Positions 21,756 through 31,970 of a stretch of DNA of 64,000 nucleotides are shown in pieces. Source of the DNA: an uncultured delta proteobacterium. Lineage in GTDB: Bacteria; Desulfobacterota; Zymogenia; Zymogenales; Zymogenaceae. A program made the position numbers and the translations under genes. Under the pieces are notes generated by a model. That model was not told the origin of the DNA. It saw nothing but the letters and a program-made list of their open reading frames with translations, and ran no database searches. Positions within the stretch are counted from its first letter, which is position 1, and every line of letters starts with the position of its first letter. The stretch lies in NCBI GenBank assembly GCA_963735595.1, contig CAVTLK010000001.1, forward strand, positions 928,001 to 992,000. Reading direction: 5' to 3'.

Positions 21756-22646
21756 CGGACAGAAAACCATCCGCCATACAAAACGGCCCGTTACCGGGCC
21801 TCGCCCCGGATCTCGAGGCCGGCGATATCGCCCGCTTTCGCGACACCGTCCTATCTCACTACCGCACCCACGGCCGGGACCTCCCCTGGCGCAGGACCCG
21901 CGACCCCTACCAGATTCTCGTCTCGGAGGTGATGCTCCAGCAGACGCAGGTGGGCCGCGTCCTCGAAAAATTCGAGCCGTTCGTCGAGCGTTTCGATGGT
22001 TTTTCGGCCCTTGCCGCCGCACCCCTGATCGAGGTCCTCTCCCATTGGAAGGGACTGGGCTACAACCGGCGGGCGCTCTACCTTGAAGGAGACGGCCCGT
22101 ATCGTTGTCGACCGCTACGCGGCGGCCGCTTGCGCCGATCTGCCGGACGAGCTCGTTAAACTCCCCGGCATAGGCGGCAACACCGCCGGGGCGATCGCCG
22201 CGTTTGCCTTCAACAGGCCCACCGTCTTCATCGAGACCAACATCCGCTCGGTCTTTATACATCATTTCTTCCCGGATACGGCCGATGTCAGGGACTCCCG
22301 GATTCTCCCCCTCGTCGACGCGACGCTCGACCGGGATAACCCGCGTGTCTGGTACTGGGCGCTCATGGACTACGGGACGATGCTGAAGGAAACGACCGCC
22401 AACCCGGGCCGCAGGAGTGCACACCATTCGAGACAATCGCCTTTCAAAGGCTCCGACCGGGAGATTCGGGGTGCGATCCTGAAGCAGTTGATAGGCGCGG
22501 GCGGGCCCGGGGCCTGCGGCGCGATGACCGAAACCGAGATCATCGCCGCACTGGCTATGGACCCGGAACGTATACGTAAGGTGCTTGCCCAGCTGATCGG
22601 CGAGGGGTTCATCATCAGGGAGCACGGACGCTGCCGGATCGCCTGA
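21752..22646 (+). CDS. MutY-like A/G-specific adenine glycosylase, FeS-less short type (one frameshift near 22085)
   Basis: RDLPWR..DPY.ILVSEVMLQQTQV, WKGLGYNRRA, LPGIG and ALMDYG. Confidence 0.85.
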
Positions 22647-22761
22647 GCCCCGTTACGAGAGGCCGGGGACATACGTAAATCACGAAAGCTCACGTTTCGG
22701 TTGCCAAAAAAGTTGGTCCGTGCTACTATCGGGCAATCCATCCCATTATGCAGGTGTGACC

Positions 22762-23916
22762 ATGGCCCGGAAATACATCGTAAAAGCCGTTAAAATCATT
22801 GTGGTGTTTCTCGTCGTCGCACTTCTGATCCCGGCAGGCTTCGTCGTGGTCTCGGTCGTACGGCCGAACCGTTCGGTCGTCGCCGAAGGGCTCGGCATCG
22901 AGGTATGGCCGGCCGTTGCCGACGGCAGACACAACTCCAACACTGACCTCGTCTTTTTTAAGGATGCGTTCTGGCTCATTCACGCATCGGCCCCGTGGCA
23001 TTTCGCTTCTGAAACGACACGGCTCGTCTTATGGAAGTCGCCGGACGCCAGGACCTGGGAAAGGGTTGCCGAGTTCAGCAACCCCGGCCAGGATATCCGC
23101 GATCCGAAGCTCGTGGCTATCGGGGGCCGCCTCATCCTCTATGCCCTCAAGAATATCTCGTTCGAGGCAGAGCCCTACCTGACGGCGGCCGCCACAAGTG
23201 AGGACGGCGTTACGTGGACCGAATTTGTCGACATGGAACCGGGGGGCTGGCTCTTCTGGAGGCCCGAGACGCCCGACGGCGGCAAGACCTGGTACATGCC
23301 TGCGTATTGGCACGAACACGGCAAGTCGGTGCTCCTGATGTCCACGGACGGCCTTGCGTGGGGAATCAACTCCATCATCTATTCGGGAGACGTAAACGAC
23401 GAGACCGCGGTCATTTTCCTGCCGGACGGAATGATGCTTGCCACGGCGAGGCTGGAAGTGTCCGGGTATTACTTCGGCGATAACCGGGGCAACACGCTGA
23501 TTGCGACGGCGGAGCCCCCCTTTATGACATGGAGCTACCACCACAGCGATGTTACGAGGCTGGACGGCCCGGCGCTTTTTGCCTACAACGGCCGCGTCTA
23601 CGCCGTCGGGCGTTACCAGCCCGGCTGCAAATCCACCCCCTTTGAGACCGGCAGCATCCTGGCAAAGAAGAGGACCTCCCTCTTCCTGGTGGAGGAGGAC
23701 CGTCTCGTGTGGCTCTCCGACCTGCCGAGCGACGGCGACACGTCGTACGCCGGGGTCGTGGTTCGAGGGGACGAGGCCTACGTTTCATATTACACGAGCG
23801 GCATAAAGCGCGACTATCCCTGGATCATCGGGATGCTCCTGGAATCCGATATCATGATGGCGAAGATAGACCTCAAGAAGCTCGAGGCGCTGGCGGTGGA
23901 GCGTCTCGCACAATAG
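22762..23916 (+). CDS. Membrane-anchored sialidase-like/BNR beta-propeller protein (copy 1)
   Basis: N-terminal TM, Asp-box repeats SPDARTW, SEDGVTW and STDGLAW, plus DIRDPK and GDTSY. Confidence 0.75.
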   Translation: MARKYIVKAVKIIVVFLVVALLIPAGFVVVSVVRPNRSVVAEGLGIEVWPAVADGRHNSNTDLVFFKDAFWLIHASAPWHFASETTRLVLWKSPDARTWERVAEFSNPGQDIRDPKLVAIGGRLILYALKNISFEAEPYLTAAATSEDGVTWTEFVDMEPGGWLFWRPETPDGGKTWYMPAYWHEHGKSVLLMSTDGLAWGINSIIYSGDVNDETAVIFLPDGMMLATARLEVSGYYFGDNRGNTLIATAEPPFMTWSYHHSDVTRLDGPALFAYNGRVYAVGRYQPGCKSTPFETGSILAKKRTSLFLVEEDRLVWLSDLPSDGDTSYAGVVVRGDEAYVSYYTSGIKRDYPWIIGMLLESDIMMAKIDLKKLEALAVERLAQ

Positions 23917-23994
23917 CTGATCTTTCAATGAGTGCCACTTGTCAATCGTAGAAGAACGCTAATTGAGTATAACTACTACGCGAGGTATTGTACA

Positions 23995-25149
23995 ATGGGA
24001 CGATATATCGGAAAACTGGCGAAATGGCTGGGGACCGCAGTCCTGGTCGTTGTGTTGGCTATAGGTCTCATCGTTCTCTATTTCTATCTCAGGCCGAACA
24101 AATCCGTCATATCCGAGCAACTGGGCGTCGAGACGTGGCCCGCCGTGGCCGACGGGAGACATAATTCAAACACCGACATGATCTACTGGAAAGACGCCTT
24201 CTGGCTGATCCACGCGTCGGCCCCGTGGCATTTCGCTTCTGAAACGACACGGCTCGTCCTATGGAAGTCGGCGGACGCCAGGACCTGGGAAAAGGTCGCC
24301 GAGTTCCAAAATCCGGGGGAGGATATTCGCGACCCAAAATTCGCGGTGATCGACGGCATCCTCTTCATGTACTCCCTCAAGAACAAGAATTTCCCCGAAG
24401 CCGAGCCTTACTTCACCCTCGTAACATCGAGCCTCGACGGGATTGCCTGGGAGCCGACGGTGAGCGTCAATCAGGACGGCTGGCTCTTCTGGCGGCCGAA
24501 ATCACCCGACGGGGGTAAGACCTGGTACGTTGCCGCTTACTGGCACGAGCACGGTAAATCCATCCTGCTGAAATCGGCGGACGGGCTGACATGGGAAAAG
24601 GTCTCCGATATCTATACCGGAGACTTTAACGACGAGACGGACATAGAATTCCTTGCCGACGGAAGGCTGCTGGCCACGGCACGCCTCGAGGTGGCGGGCT
24701 ATTATTTCGGCGATAACCGGGGCAACACCCTTATCGCGGTGTCGCCCCCGCCCTACACGGAGTGGACCGAAAACCACAGCACCGTTACAAGGCTGGACGG
24801 TCCATACCTTTTTACTTACAACAACCGGGTCTATGCCGTCGGACGTTTTCAACCCGGCTGCAAATCCACCCCCTTTGAGACCGGCAGCATCCTGGCAAAG
24901 AAGCGGACCTCTCTCTTCCTCGTGGAGGAGGACCGTCTCGTGTGGCTCTCCGACCTGCCGAGCGACGGCGACACGTCGTACGCCGGGGTGGTCGTAAGGG
25001 GAGATGAGGCGTATGTGTCGTACTACACGAGCAATATAAAGCACGACTATCCCTGGATCATCGGGATGCTCTCGGAATCCGACATCATGATGGCAAAGAT
25101 AGATCTCAAGAAGCTCGAGGCCCTGGCGGTCGATATGGCGGCACGTTAG
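23995..25149 (+). CDS. Membrane-anchored sialidase-like/BNR beta-propeller protein (copy 2)
   Basis: Tandem paralogue of the same length with the same Asp boxes. Confidence 0.75.
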   Translation: MGRYIGKLAKWLGTAVLVVVLAIGLIVLYFYLRPNKSVISEQLGVETWPAVADGRHNSNTDMIYWKDAFWLIHASAPWHFASETTRLVLWKSADARTWEKVAEFQNPGEDIRDPKFAVIDGILFMYSLKNKNFPEAEPYFTLVTSSLDGIAWEPTVSVNQDGWLFWRPKSPDGGKTWYVAAYWHEHGKSILLKSADGLTWEKVSDIYTGDFNDETDIEFLADGRLLATARLEVAGYYFGDNRGNTLIAVSPPPYTEWTENHSTVTRLDGPYLFTYNNRVYAVGRFQPGCKSTPFETGSILAKKRTSLFLVEEDRLVWLSDLPSDGDTSYAGVVVRGDEAYVSYYTSNIKHDYPWIIGMLSESDIMMAKIDLKKLEALAVDMAAR

Positions 25150-25159
25150 AAAACGATAT

Positions 25160-25189
25160 GGGGCGCCCGACCGGGCGCCCCGTTTTTTT
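25160..25189 (+). terminator. Rho-independent terminator
   Basis: GGGGCGCCCG/CGGGCGCCCC hairpin plus T-tract. Confidence 0.7.
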
Positions 25190-25237
25190 CGTCGCTCTGC
25201 TCCCTTCCGGCGGCCCAAACCCGGCCGTACGGTCCTT

Positions 25238-26662
25238 TCATTCCGACAGCGTTTCGGCAATCCCGTCCAGGTGCGCGATTGTTTCCCGTATATCCTGTTC
25301 GGTCGTATTCGGGTTGATCGCGCACATCCGAAGCACCGTCCTGCCCGAGAGCGTCGTCGAGCTCAGGAAGGCAAAACCGTCTTCGATGAGACACCCAACC
25401 ACAGACCGGTGCAGCCGGTCAACCTCGGCGGCCGTCCTGCCCTTCGCCGCCGCCCTAAAGGTCACGATACCCAGCTGGGCGGGCGTCACGACCTCCCAGT
25501 TGGGGGACCCCGTAATGATCCGCTCGGCGGTCTCGGCATTCTCAATGCCGACGGAGACCGCCTCCCGAACGGCGTTCAACCCGAATATCTTAAGGGTCAT
25601 CCACAACTTCAGCGCCCGAAATCCCCGGGTCAGCTGGATGCCGTAGTCACAGAAATTGAACGGCTCCGCGATCATCTCAGTATCCTTGAGATACTCCGGC
25701 AAAATGTGGAACGTATCTTTGAGGAACGCACCGTCCCGTACGATGACGCACCCGATCTCAAACGGGCAGAAGAGCCATTTATGGGGATCGACGGCAAGGG
25801 AATCGCAGTCCGAGAGCCCCGCCAGCAGCGCCTTTCCCCGTTCGGAAAGGATCGCCGCCGCCCCGTAGGCCCCGTCCACGTGAAGCCACATCCCTTCGTT
25901 CCTGGCAATCGCCGACAGCTCCCCCAGGGGGTCCACCGCGCCGGTATTGGTGGTCCCGGCATTGGCAACCACACAGAACGGCCTCTTCCCGTTTCCCCGG
26001 TCACGCGCGATCTCGGCCGAAAGGCGCGTGGGGTCGATTCGGAAATGCTCATCGGCACCGACTATTTTGATTTGGTCGGGGGCAAATCCCAGGACGCGAA
26101 GCGCCCGTATCACCGAGGAATGGGTTTGGTCGGAGAAATAGACGGTGCCGTCGCTGAAGTCGTCTCCGAGCAGACTAGTGCGCGCAGCCGCCAGCGCCGT
26201 CAGGTTGGCCGCCGAGCCGCCGCTGACAAAAAGCCCGCCCGCCTCCCGGGGCATCCCGAAGATCTCGCGTAGCCAGTCGATAGTGACGAGCTCTATCTCA
26301 GCGGCGGCGGGCCCCTCCAGCCACGTGCTTGCAAAGACGTTGAATCCGGAGGCCAGGGCGTCAGCCATCGCCCCGACAAAACCGCCGGGACCGGGGACAA
26401 AGGCAAAGAAGCGCGGATGATCCAGGTGCATGATTCCGGTGAGTATCTTCTCTTCAACGAATCTCAGGACCTCGTTCGGATCGGCTCCCGACTCCGGAAG
26501 CGGTTCCCTGAAGACACTATCGAGCTCGGACCTCGTCGCGCCTCCCGAAACGGGTTTTTGTCTGAGGTTCGTCAGGTGCTCGACGATGATATCCACGGCA
26601 CGATAACCGAGGCTTTTCATCTGTTCGGGGGTAAGAGAGAGACGCGGCTTATCGTCGGTCAT
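25238..26662 (-). CDS. Group II PLP-dependent decarboxylase (aromatic amino acid/DAB decarboxylase family)
   Basis: HPRFFAFVP, SGGSAAN, HSS, NAGTTNTGAVDPL, HVDGAYG and DPHKW (PLP lysine). Confidence 0.9.
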   Translation of the reverse strand: MTDDKPRLSLTPEQMKSLGYRAVDIIVEHLTNLRQKPVSGGATRSELDSVFREPLPESGADPNEVLRFVEEKILTGIMHLDHPRFFAFVPGPGGFVGAMADALASGFNVFASTWLEGPAAAEIELVTIDWLREIFGMPREAGGLFVSGGSAANLTALAAARTSLLGDDFSDGTVYFSDQTHSSVIRALRVLGFAPDQIKIVGADEHFRIDPTRLSAEIARDRGNGKRPFCVVANAGTTNTGAVDPLGELSAIARNEGMWLHVDGAYGAAAILSERGKALLAGLSDCDSLAVDPHKWLFCPFEIGCVIVRDGAFLKDTFHILPEYLKDTEMIAEPFNFCDYGIQLTRGFRALKLWMTLKIFGLNAVREAVSVGIENAETAERIITGSPNWEVVTPAQLGIVTFRAAAKGRTAAEVDRLHRSVVGCLIEDGFAFLSSTTLSGRTVLRMCAINPNTTEQDIRETIAHLDGIAETLSE

Positions 26663-26806
26663 GGTATGCCTCCCCGCGTGGATTTACATAGGAACACGAT
26701 CCGGCCAAGACCCGGGATTCTCGGCCATACGCGCTCGCGCGTATAGAAGGGTACGCGAAAGACAGGACGATTATCAGACACTTCCGGCGCTTTGTCAACA
26801 GATGCG

Positions 26807-26838
26807 AGACGCCGTCAGGGACTTCCCTGACGGCGTCT
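26807..26838. terminator. 15-bp perfect inverted repeat, likely terminator of the hydrolase gene
   Basis: AGACGCCGTCAGGGA-CT-TCCCTGACGGCGTCT. Confidence 0.6.
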
Positions 26839-26916
26839 GATGCACAATCATCTAACGGTATAACCGATTGTCAGAACCGCTTTCTGTTCCGTTCGCAGTG
26901 GGTAAGCAGGGACGCG

Positions 26917-28096
26917 TCACGGGCGGTATTGCTTGTTGTTGTTCATCTCGTCCATCCAGGAGACGACGAACGAAAGGGCCAGCTCAATGTTCCCGACCTG
27001 GCAGTGGTTCTGGGCGGATTCGGCCTCTGTGAAGAGCCGGCAGGTCAGCGACCGCACGTTCGTGAGGGCCCGCGCCTGTTTGAAAAACATCTCGGTTGGT
27101 ATGAAGTGATCGTGAGTACCGCCCAGCAGGAGAAAATCCTGGGTAATGTGCCGTGATACGTCCCGCGTTGTGTATTTCATCGCTTCTTTGAAGTAAAGAT
27201 AGGGAGTCTTTACTCCAAAGACGTGCATCCCCTGATTGACCCCCCACGAGACAAACGGGTCACGCTTCATTCGCGCTCGCACGATCGCATTGATGAGGGG
27301 GGCGGCACGCAGAGCCACCAGTATCCTGATAACTGCCTCAAACGCCGGTCCCCGTACTGAGGCGATGCACCCGAGAAAGTCGTAGATCACGTCATAGGCG
27401 ACCACCCGTTTTATCCGCTTGTCGAAAGCGGCCGCCCGCGGCGCCAGGTAGCCGCCGAGGGAAATGCCCATGAGTGTTACATCGCTTAAACCATAGTGAT
27501 CAAGGATGACGCCCACCGGTCTTTCCCATTCGGGGGTCATGACAAGCCCGTAGTTCCTCAAACACGCCCCCTGGCCCGGCCCCTCGAATGCAATCACCTC
27601 ATAGCCGTGTTCACGAAAGTAGTCCATCAGGGGGTAGAGCTCTTCAATAAATGAGTCGAATCCGCCATGGGCGACGAGAACTCCCTTCTTTTTTCCGTTA
27701 ATCACCGGAAGCCTCATCACCGGGAGGTATCCGCTTTGATACCGCACTTTCTCCTGGATAATCTCGCCCCGGGAATATTCGGATGCGAGATTTTTGTGAA
27801 AGAGATCAATGAACTTCTCGTAGGCCTTCTGTTTGTCGGTATCCCCAATGGGCATGAAAAACTCCGCGAGTCGAAGGTAGACCGCCGCGTCGCCCCCTCT
27901 TCCGTCACGCTCGGCCGTCTCGGCAAGCGAAAGAAATTCACGTTTCCAATCGGAGAGGCTCCTCGATCCGATTGGCGGCCGATCTGATTTCGTCGATCCT
28001 TCCCCCACCGAAAGAAAGGGGCCGGTTGAGCTGAAAATTCATGTTAACTTCGTCGTGGAAGTGATAATACCCCATTTGAGCTTTAAACTGACTCAT
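26917..28096 (-). CDS. Alpha/beta hydrolase (FrsA/DHPON-hydrolase-like); frameshift near 27965
   Basis: GGFDS, EGPGQG, GISLGG nucleophile elbow and HCQVGN. The true start MSQFKAQMGYYHFH follows a GAGGAGG RBS. Confidence 0.85.
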
Positions 28097-28186
28097 AATT
28101 CCCTCCTCTGTACCGGTAGATCAACTCTCCGGTATCCGTACTGATTTTCGTACCATCACGCGGCGACAGCGTAGAAGGCCCAATAC

Positions 28187-28259
28187 ATGAACATTGTTCA
28201 TATACCATCTTGTACATCCACACCACCTGCTTGTCAAGAATATAATGAACCTTGTTCAT
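28187..28259. promoter_or_regulatory. Two palindromic TetR-type operators ATGAAC-N3-GTTCAT
   Basis: ATGAACATTGTTCAT (28187-28201) and ATGAACCTTGTTCAT (28245-28259) between the divergent hydrolase and TetR genes. Confidence 0.7.
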
Positions 28260-28329
28260 ATTTATTCTTGTCTCAGGTCGATTTCCATCGTATAATCTGG
28301 GTTACAGTCTATTGAAGGATTCCGTTCAG

Positions 28330-28971
28330 ATGGATGAAAACGCCCCGCGTGAAAGGAACAAGCCCGGAGCCAGGACCCCCGTTCAGCCGAGGGCTCAGGA
28401 GAAGCGGGACAGGGTTCTCAGCGCCGCTTTTGATCTCTTTTCCAGGCTCGGTTATGATGCGGTGGGGATGAGGGATATTGCCGCGGCGGCCGGCGTCTCA
28501 ATCGGGACCGTATATGCCTATTTTGTCGACAAGAAGAAGACGTTCGTTGAGGTATGCGCGCTCTATTCTGCGGAGCTCGAGCACAGTTTTTTCAACCACA
28601 TTGACGAAGATCTGCCCGACCATCCCGGTGTCGAGGAATTCGTATATGGTGTCATCCGGCGATTTTTTGACATCTTCCGTACCCATATCAATATACACCG
28701 GGACTGTGTGATCATGTCCCTTACGGACGATCAGGTACGGTCGGTCTATACCGCGCTGGAACGGCGCGGTGAAGAAACGGTCGTGGGCGCCTTTACCGAA
28801 CGTTTCGGGGATCGGATCGAGGTGAGGGATGCCGAAGCGGCACGGCTTGTCATCCATAAGACAATCGACGAGATCATCCAGTACCTACTATTCTATGAGG
28901 TTCCGGTAGATCGCGATCGCGTCTTTCGGGAGACGGCGCGTATGATCGCACGCTATCTGGAGAAACGGTGA
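28330..28971 (+). CDS. TetR/AcrR family transcriptional regulator
   Basis: HTH AAFDLFSRLGYDAVGMRDIAAAAGVSIGTVYAYFVDK. Confidence 0.93.
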   Translation: MDENAPRERNKPGARTPVQPRAQEKRDRVLSAAFDLFSRLGYDAVGMRDIAAAAGVSIGTVYAYFVDKKKTFVEVCALYSAELEHSFFNHIDEDLPDHPGVEEFVYGVIRRFFDIFRTHINIHRDCVIMSLTDDQVRSVYTALERRGEETVVGAFTERFGDRIEVRDAEAARLVIHKTIDEIIQYLLFYEVPVDRDRVFRETARMIARYLEKR

Positions 28972-29063
28972 GACACCGGTGAGGGGATTAGGCGGGCTGA
29001 GCAAAAACCGCATCCGCTCCCGGACGTTTCCGGGAGAGCTATACGGGTTGGACGCGTCCCCCA

Positions 29064-29507
29064 TCAAGCAAGCCTGCTGACCAGCAGGACCGCGGAGTTT
29101 GGTCAGAGTCCACAGAATTCGCTCGTCTGCCGTATCGGCAGCGGTGCGCGGTCCCTCGGGATCCGCTCAAACCCGAGCCCCTCGAAAAAAGCCGCCGCAG
29201 TCATGGTCAGGAGATAGAGCTCCCGGACACCCGCCTGCCGCGCGTGGTGGATAAGCCCCCGTACGACGGCCTGGCCGTATCCCCTGTTTCGCTCCCCCTG
29301 CGTCACCGCCAGCGACCGTAAGAGCCCGTATTCCCCGAGAATTTCCACCCCGCCTGCCCCGACGACCGATCCGTCGGCGCGGGCCAGAAAAAGAGAACCC
29401 CGCTTTTCGGGAATATCGGATGAGGGAAGCCCGTTCTCCTCGAGCAGGGCCATGATAAACGGGACATCTCGCTCAGTGGCCGGGGCCAAAACTATTCCAC
29501 GCCTCAC
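29064..29507 (-). CDS. arsN2: ArsN2-like GNAT N-acetyltransferase, predicted selenoprotein (Sec135 in EFCGLUP)
   Basis: LLEENGLP, GLLRSLAV, RNRGYG, LYLLTMTA and FFEGLGF. The TGA at 29105-29103 falls at the conserved Cys of EFxxLCPxSAxx, and the reading continues PNSAVLLVSRLA*. Confidence 0.8.
29073..29088 (-). promoter_or_regulatory. Bacterial SECIS-like hairpin
   Basis: mRNA CCUGCU-GGUC-AGCAGG, starting 15 nt after the UGA. Confidence 0.7.
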
Positions 29508-29727
29508 GTTTTCCCCCTCTCATCGCCGTCTGGTGTCTTTTGTTCGGCTACCGGCGCAGTATAGCACACCCGTCACGGAGGCGCCATTAAAACAAAATCC
29601 CTCATCGGGCAAATATCTCGTATTGACAATTCAGCGGGACTGCGCTATAGTTCGAAAACTTTCGCGTATATCGGCCGGGCCGGGTAAACGGCCTAAAGAA
29701 CTCATTCATTCACGACAAAAGGCGCCA

Positions 29728-30381
29728 ATGGAAAAGAAAAACCATAGAAAAGAAGTTGATCTGTTTCTCTTTGACCTGGATGGAACCCTGTCCGATTCCA
29801 AGAAAGACCTCGTGACGGCGATAAATAAAACCCTGGTTACCATGGGCTTTCCGGAGCTTCCCGAGGAAACCATCATCACGCTTGTCGGCAAGGGGGTGTC
29901 AAAGCTCCTTTCGAACTTTTCCGGCGACCCCTCAACGAAATTCGAAACCTACCGCGTCTACATGGAACAGCTCGATAAACACCTTCTGGACACCACCAAG
30001 CCGTTTCCCGGTGTTTTGGAGACGCTTTCGTCTATCACCAAGAAAAAGGCGGTAGTGACCAATAAGCTCTCGGCAATGGCCGAACGGGTTGTCGTCGGCC
30101 TGGGTATCGCCGATGAGATCGACTTCATCGTCGGGGCCGATACCGCCCAGAGTATGAAGCCGAATCCCGAACCGATTATCTTTGCCCTCAAGCAGTTCGG
30201 GGTTGAGCCGTCCCGCACCGTCATGGTGGGCGACACCATTGATGACATCACGGCCGCAAAGGCGGCGGGTGTTATTCCGTGCGGCGTCACGTACGGGTTT
30301 GGCACCAGACAGGACCTCGCGGACGCCGGGGCCGAGATCATCATCGAGGATATTTCCGAACTGCCCGCCCACTTTCAATAA
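29728..30381 (+). CDS. HAD-superfamily phosphatase (phosphoglycolate phosphatase-like)
   Basis: FDLDGTL, VVTNK, KPNPEP and MVGDTIDD. Confidence 0.9.
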   Translation: MEKKNHRKEVDLFLFDLDGTLSDSKKDLVTAINKTLVTMGFPELPEETIITLVGKGVSKLLSNFSGDPSTKFETYRVYMEQLDKHLLDTTKPFPGVLETLSSITKKKAVVTNKLSAMAERVVVGLGIADEIDFIVGADTAQSMKPNPEPIIFALKQFGVEPSRTVMVGDTIDDITAAKAAGVIPCGVTYGFGTRQDLADAGAEIIIEDISELPAHFQ

Positions 30382-30419
30382 CTCTTGATTTGTTCGGGCG
30401 CCCACGTTATACTGCTCAC

Positions 30420-31727
30420 ATGATACGTAGTATCCAGCGCGTGGCCGTGACCGGCGCCGCCCTATCGGCGGCCGTCCTCTTGGCGCTCCTGTCCCTCTCA
30501 GGCTGCGCGCCGAAAACGGCCGTACTCCCTGCACACCACGAATTTGTATCGACCAGAGACCTCGCTCCGCCCTACGACGCGGTTGCGCCTGTAAGCACGC
30601 CCGTCCCCGGGCCGGCCTCCGACAAACGCATCATGGGTTTCCAGGTCCTGCTTTTCTCGTCAAAGACCGAAAGCGGCCTTGCCGACGAGATGAAGCGGAT
30701 CGCCGCGACCGGCGCCGATACCGTCATCGTTCGTGTCTTTCATAACAAGACGGATCGGTTCTATCCCTTCGTCACACCCCGGACGGACTCCGGCGTGTAT
30801 TTCGAAACCGACCGCGCGCCCGTCGTCGCCGACGCGCTGACCCCGATGATCCGCGCGGCCCGCTTGAACGGCCTTGACATCTGGGCATGGATGACCACCA
30901 AATACGCCGCCTGGGGACAGGACCGCTACCGGCTTTTTGCCTATGACTTCTCTAAGAAGACGATCATTCCCGCTTTCGGCCGGGACCTCTTTGACGACCG
31001 GGAGGTCGCGGATCTCGTCGCGCTCTATCAGGACCTGGCCGCCTACGATATCGACGGAATCCTCTTCCAGGACGACCTGGTCCTACACCACAACGAAGGG
31101 ATGGGCGAGAGCGCCGAGCGCCTCTACGGCACACCGATCCGGCCGGGCACCTTCTATATCGAACCGTACCGCAGTTCTGACGGGAAGAAGTACTATACCC
31201 GGGGATATACCGACGCCTTCTGGGAGTGGTCCCGCTTTAAGGCCTCCCGGCTTGCCGCGGTGGAACAGGCAATCATCGAGGGGACGCGCCGGGCACGCCC
31301 CGATCTTAAATTTGCCGTAAACCTCTCGTATGAATCGGTAACCCGTCCCGATATGGCGCTGGCGTGGCTTTCTCAGGATATCGAGAAGTTCCTGAAAAAC
31401 GGGACCGACTACGTGTTCATCATGGCCTACCATCGCCAGATCATGAAGGAGAAGGGCCTGTCCGATCCGGACGAGGCCGGCGGCCTGATGAGAGAGATAG
31501 TCTCGCGGGCGATCCCGGCAGCGGGAGAACCGTCGCGTGTCGGCATAAAGCTGCAGGTCATGGACTGGGAAACCCGCAGGCCCATCGCCGCTGATGAGTT
31601 GCGTCTGACGGCCTCCCGCCTCGGGCGGATCGATACGATCAGCCTTATCTTTGTTCCGTACGTCCAGGACGCGCCCTTCACGGAGATACAGGGGATCTTC
31701 CGGACGGCGTTGGGGAAAAAGCAATAG
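30420..31727 (+). CDS. Lipoprotein with a PgaB C-terminal (GH153/GHL13)-like glycoside hydrolase domain
   Basis: Lipobox LSGC, SGVYF, WAWM, LYQDLA..DIDGILFQDD and IMAY. Confidence 0.7.
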   Translation: MIRSIQRVAVTGAALSAAVLLALLSLSGCAPKTAVLPAHHEFVSTRDLAPPYDAVAPVSTPVPGPASDKRIMGFQVLLFSSKTESGLADEMKRIAATGADTVIVRVFHNKTDRFYPFVTPRTDSGVYFETDRAPVVADALTPMIRAARLNGLDIWAWMTTKYAAWGQDRYRLFAYDFSKKTIIPAFGRDLFDDREVADLVALYQDLAAYDIDGILFQDDLVLHHNEGMGESAERLYGTPIRPGTFYIEPYRSSDGKKYYTRGYTDAFWEWSRFKASRLAAVEQAIIEGTRRARPDLKFAVNLSYESVTRPDMALAWLSQDIEKFLKNGTDYVFIMAYHRQIMKEKGLSDPDEAGGLMREIVSRAIPAAGEPSRVGIKLQVMDWETRRPIAADELRLTASRLGRIDTISLIFVPYVQDAPFTEIQGIFRTALGKKQ

Positions 31728-31737
31728 GTGGTATACG

Positions 31738-31953
31738 ATGGGCAGCCTTATTATGACCAGGATCGTCCCGATCTTTTTTTTGGGCCTGGGTGTGGCGATC
31801 GCCATGCTCTTTGGCTTCTACGTCTACTACTACATCCAGCTCCAGAAGAAAAAAGACGTCGCGCGTAAATACCGGATCATCGCAAACCTGATAATCGGCC
31901 TGTCCCTTATCTGGTTTATCGTTCTGCTGATCGGCATCCTGATAAAAGAATAG
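31738..31953 (+). CDS. Small two-TM membrane protein
   Basis: Two hydrophobic helices separated by a basic loop, tightly spaced within the operon. Confidence 0.6.
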   Translation: MGSLIMTRIVPIFFLGLGVAIAMLFGFYVYYYIQLQKKKDVARKYRIIANLIIGLSLIWFIVLLIGILIKE

Positions 31954-31970
31954 CGGGAGATCGGACCCTC

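Noticed and set aside
22762..25149. Diversity-generating retroelement (TR/VR pair) suggested by near-identical tracts
   Set aside because: Both copies lie in full-length paralogous ORFs, the mismatches are not adenine-specific, and there is no reverse transcriptase in the window.
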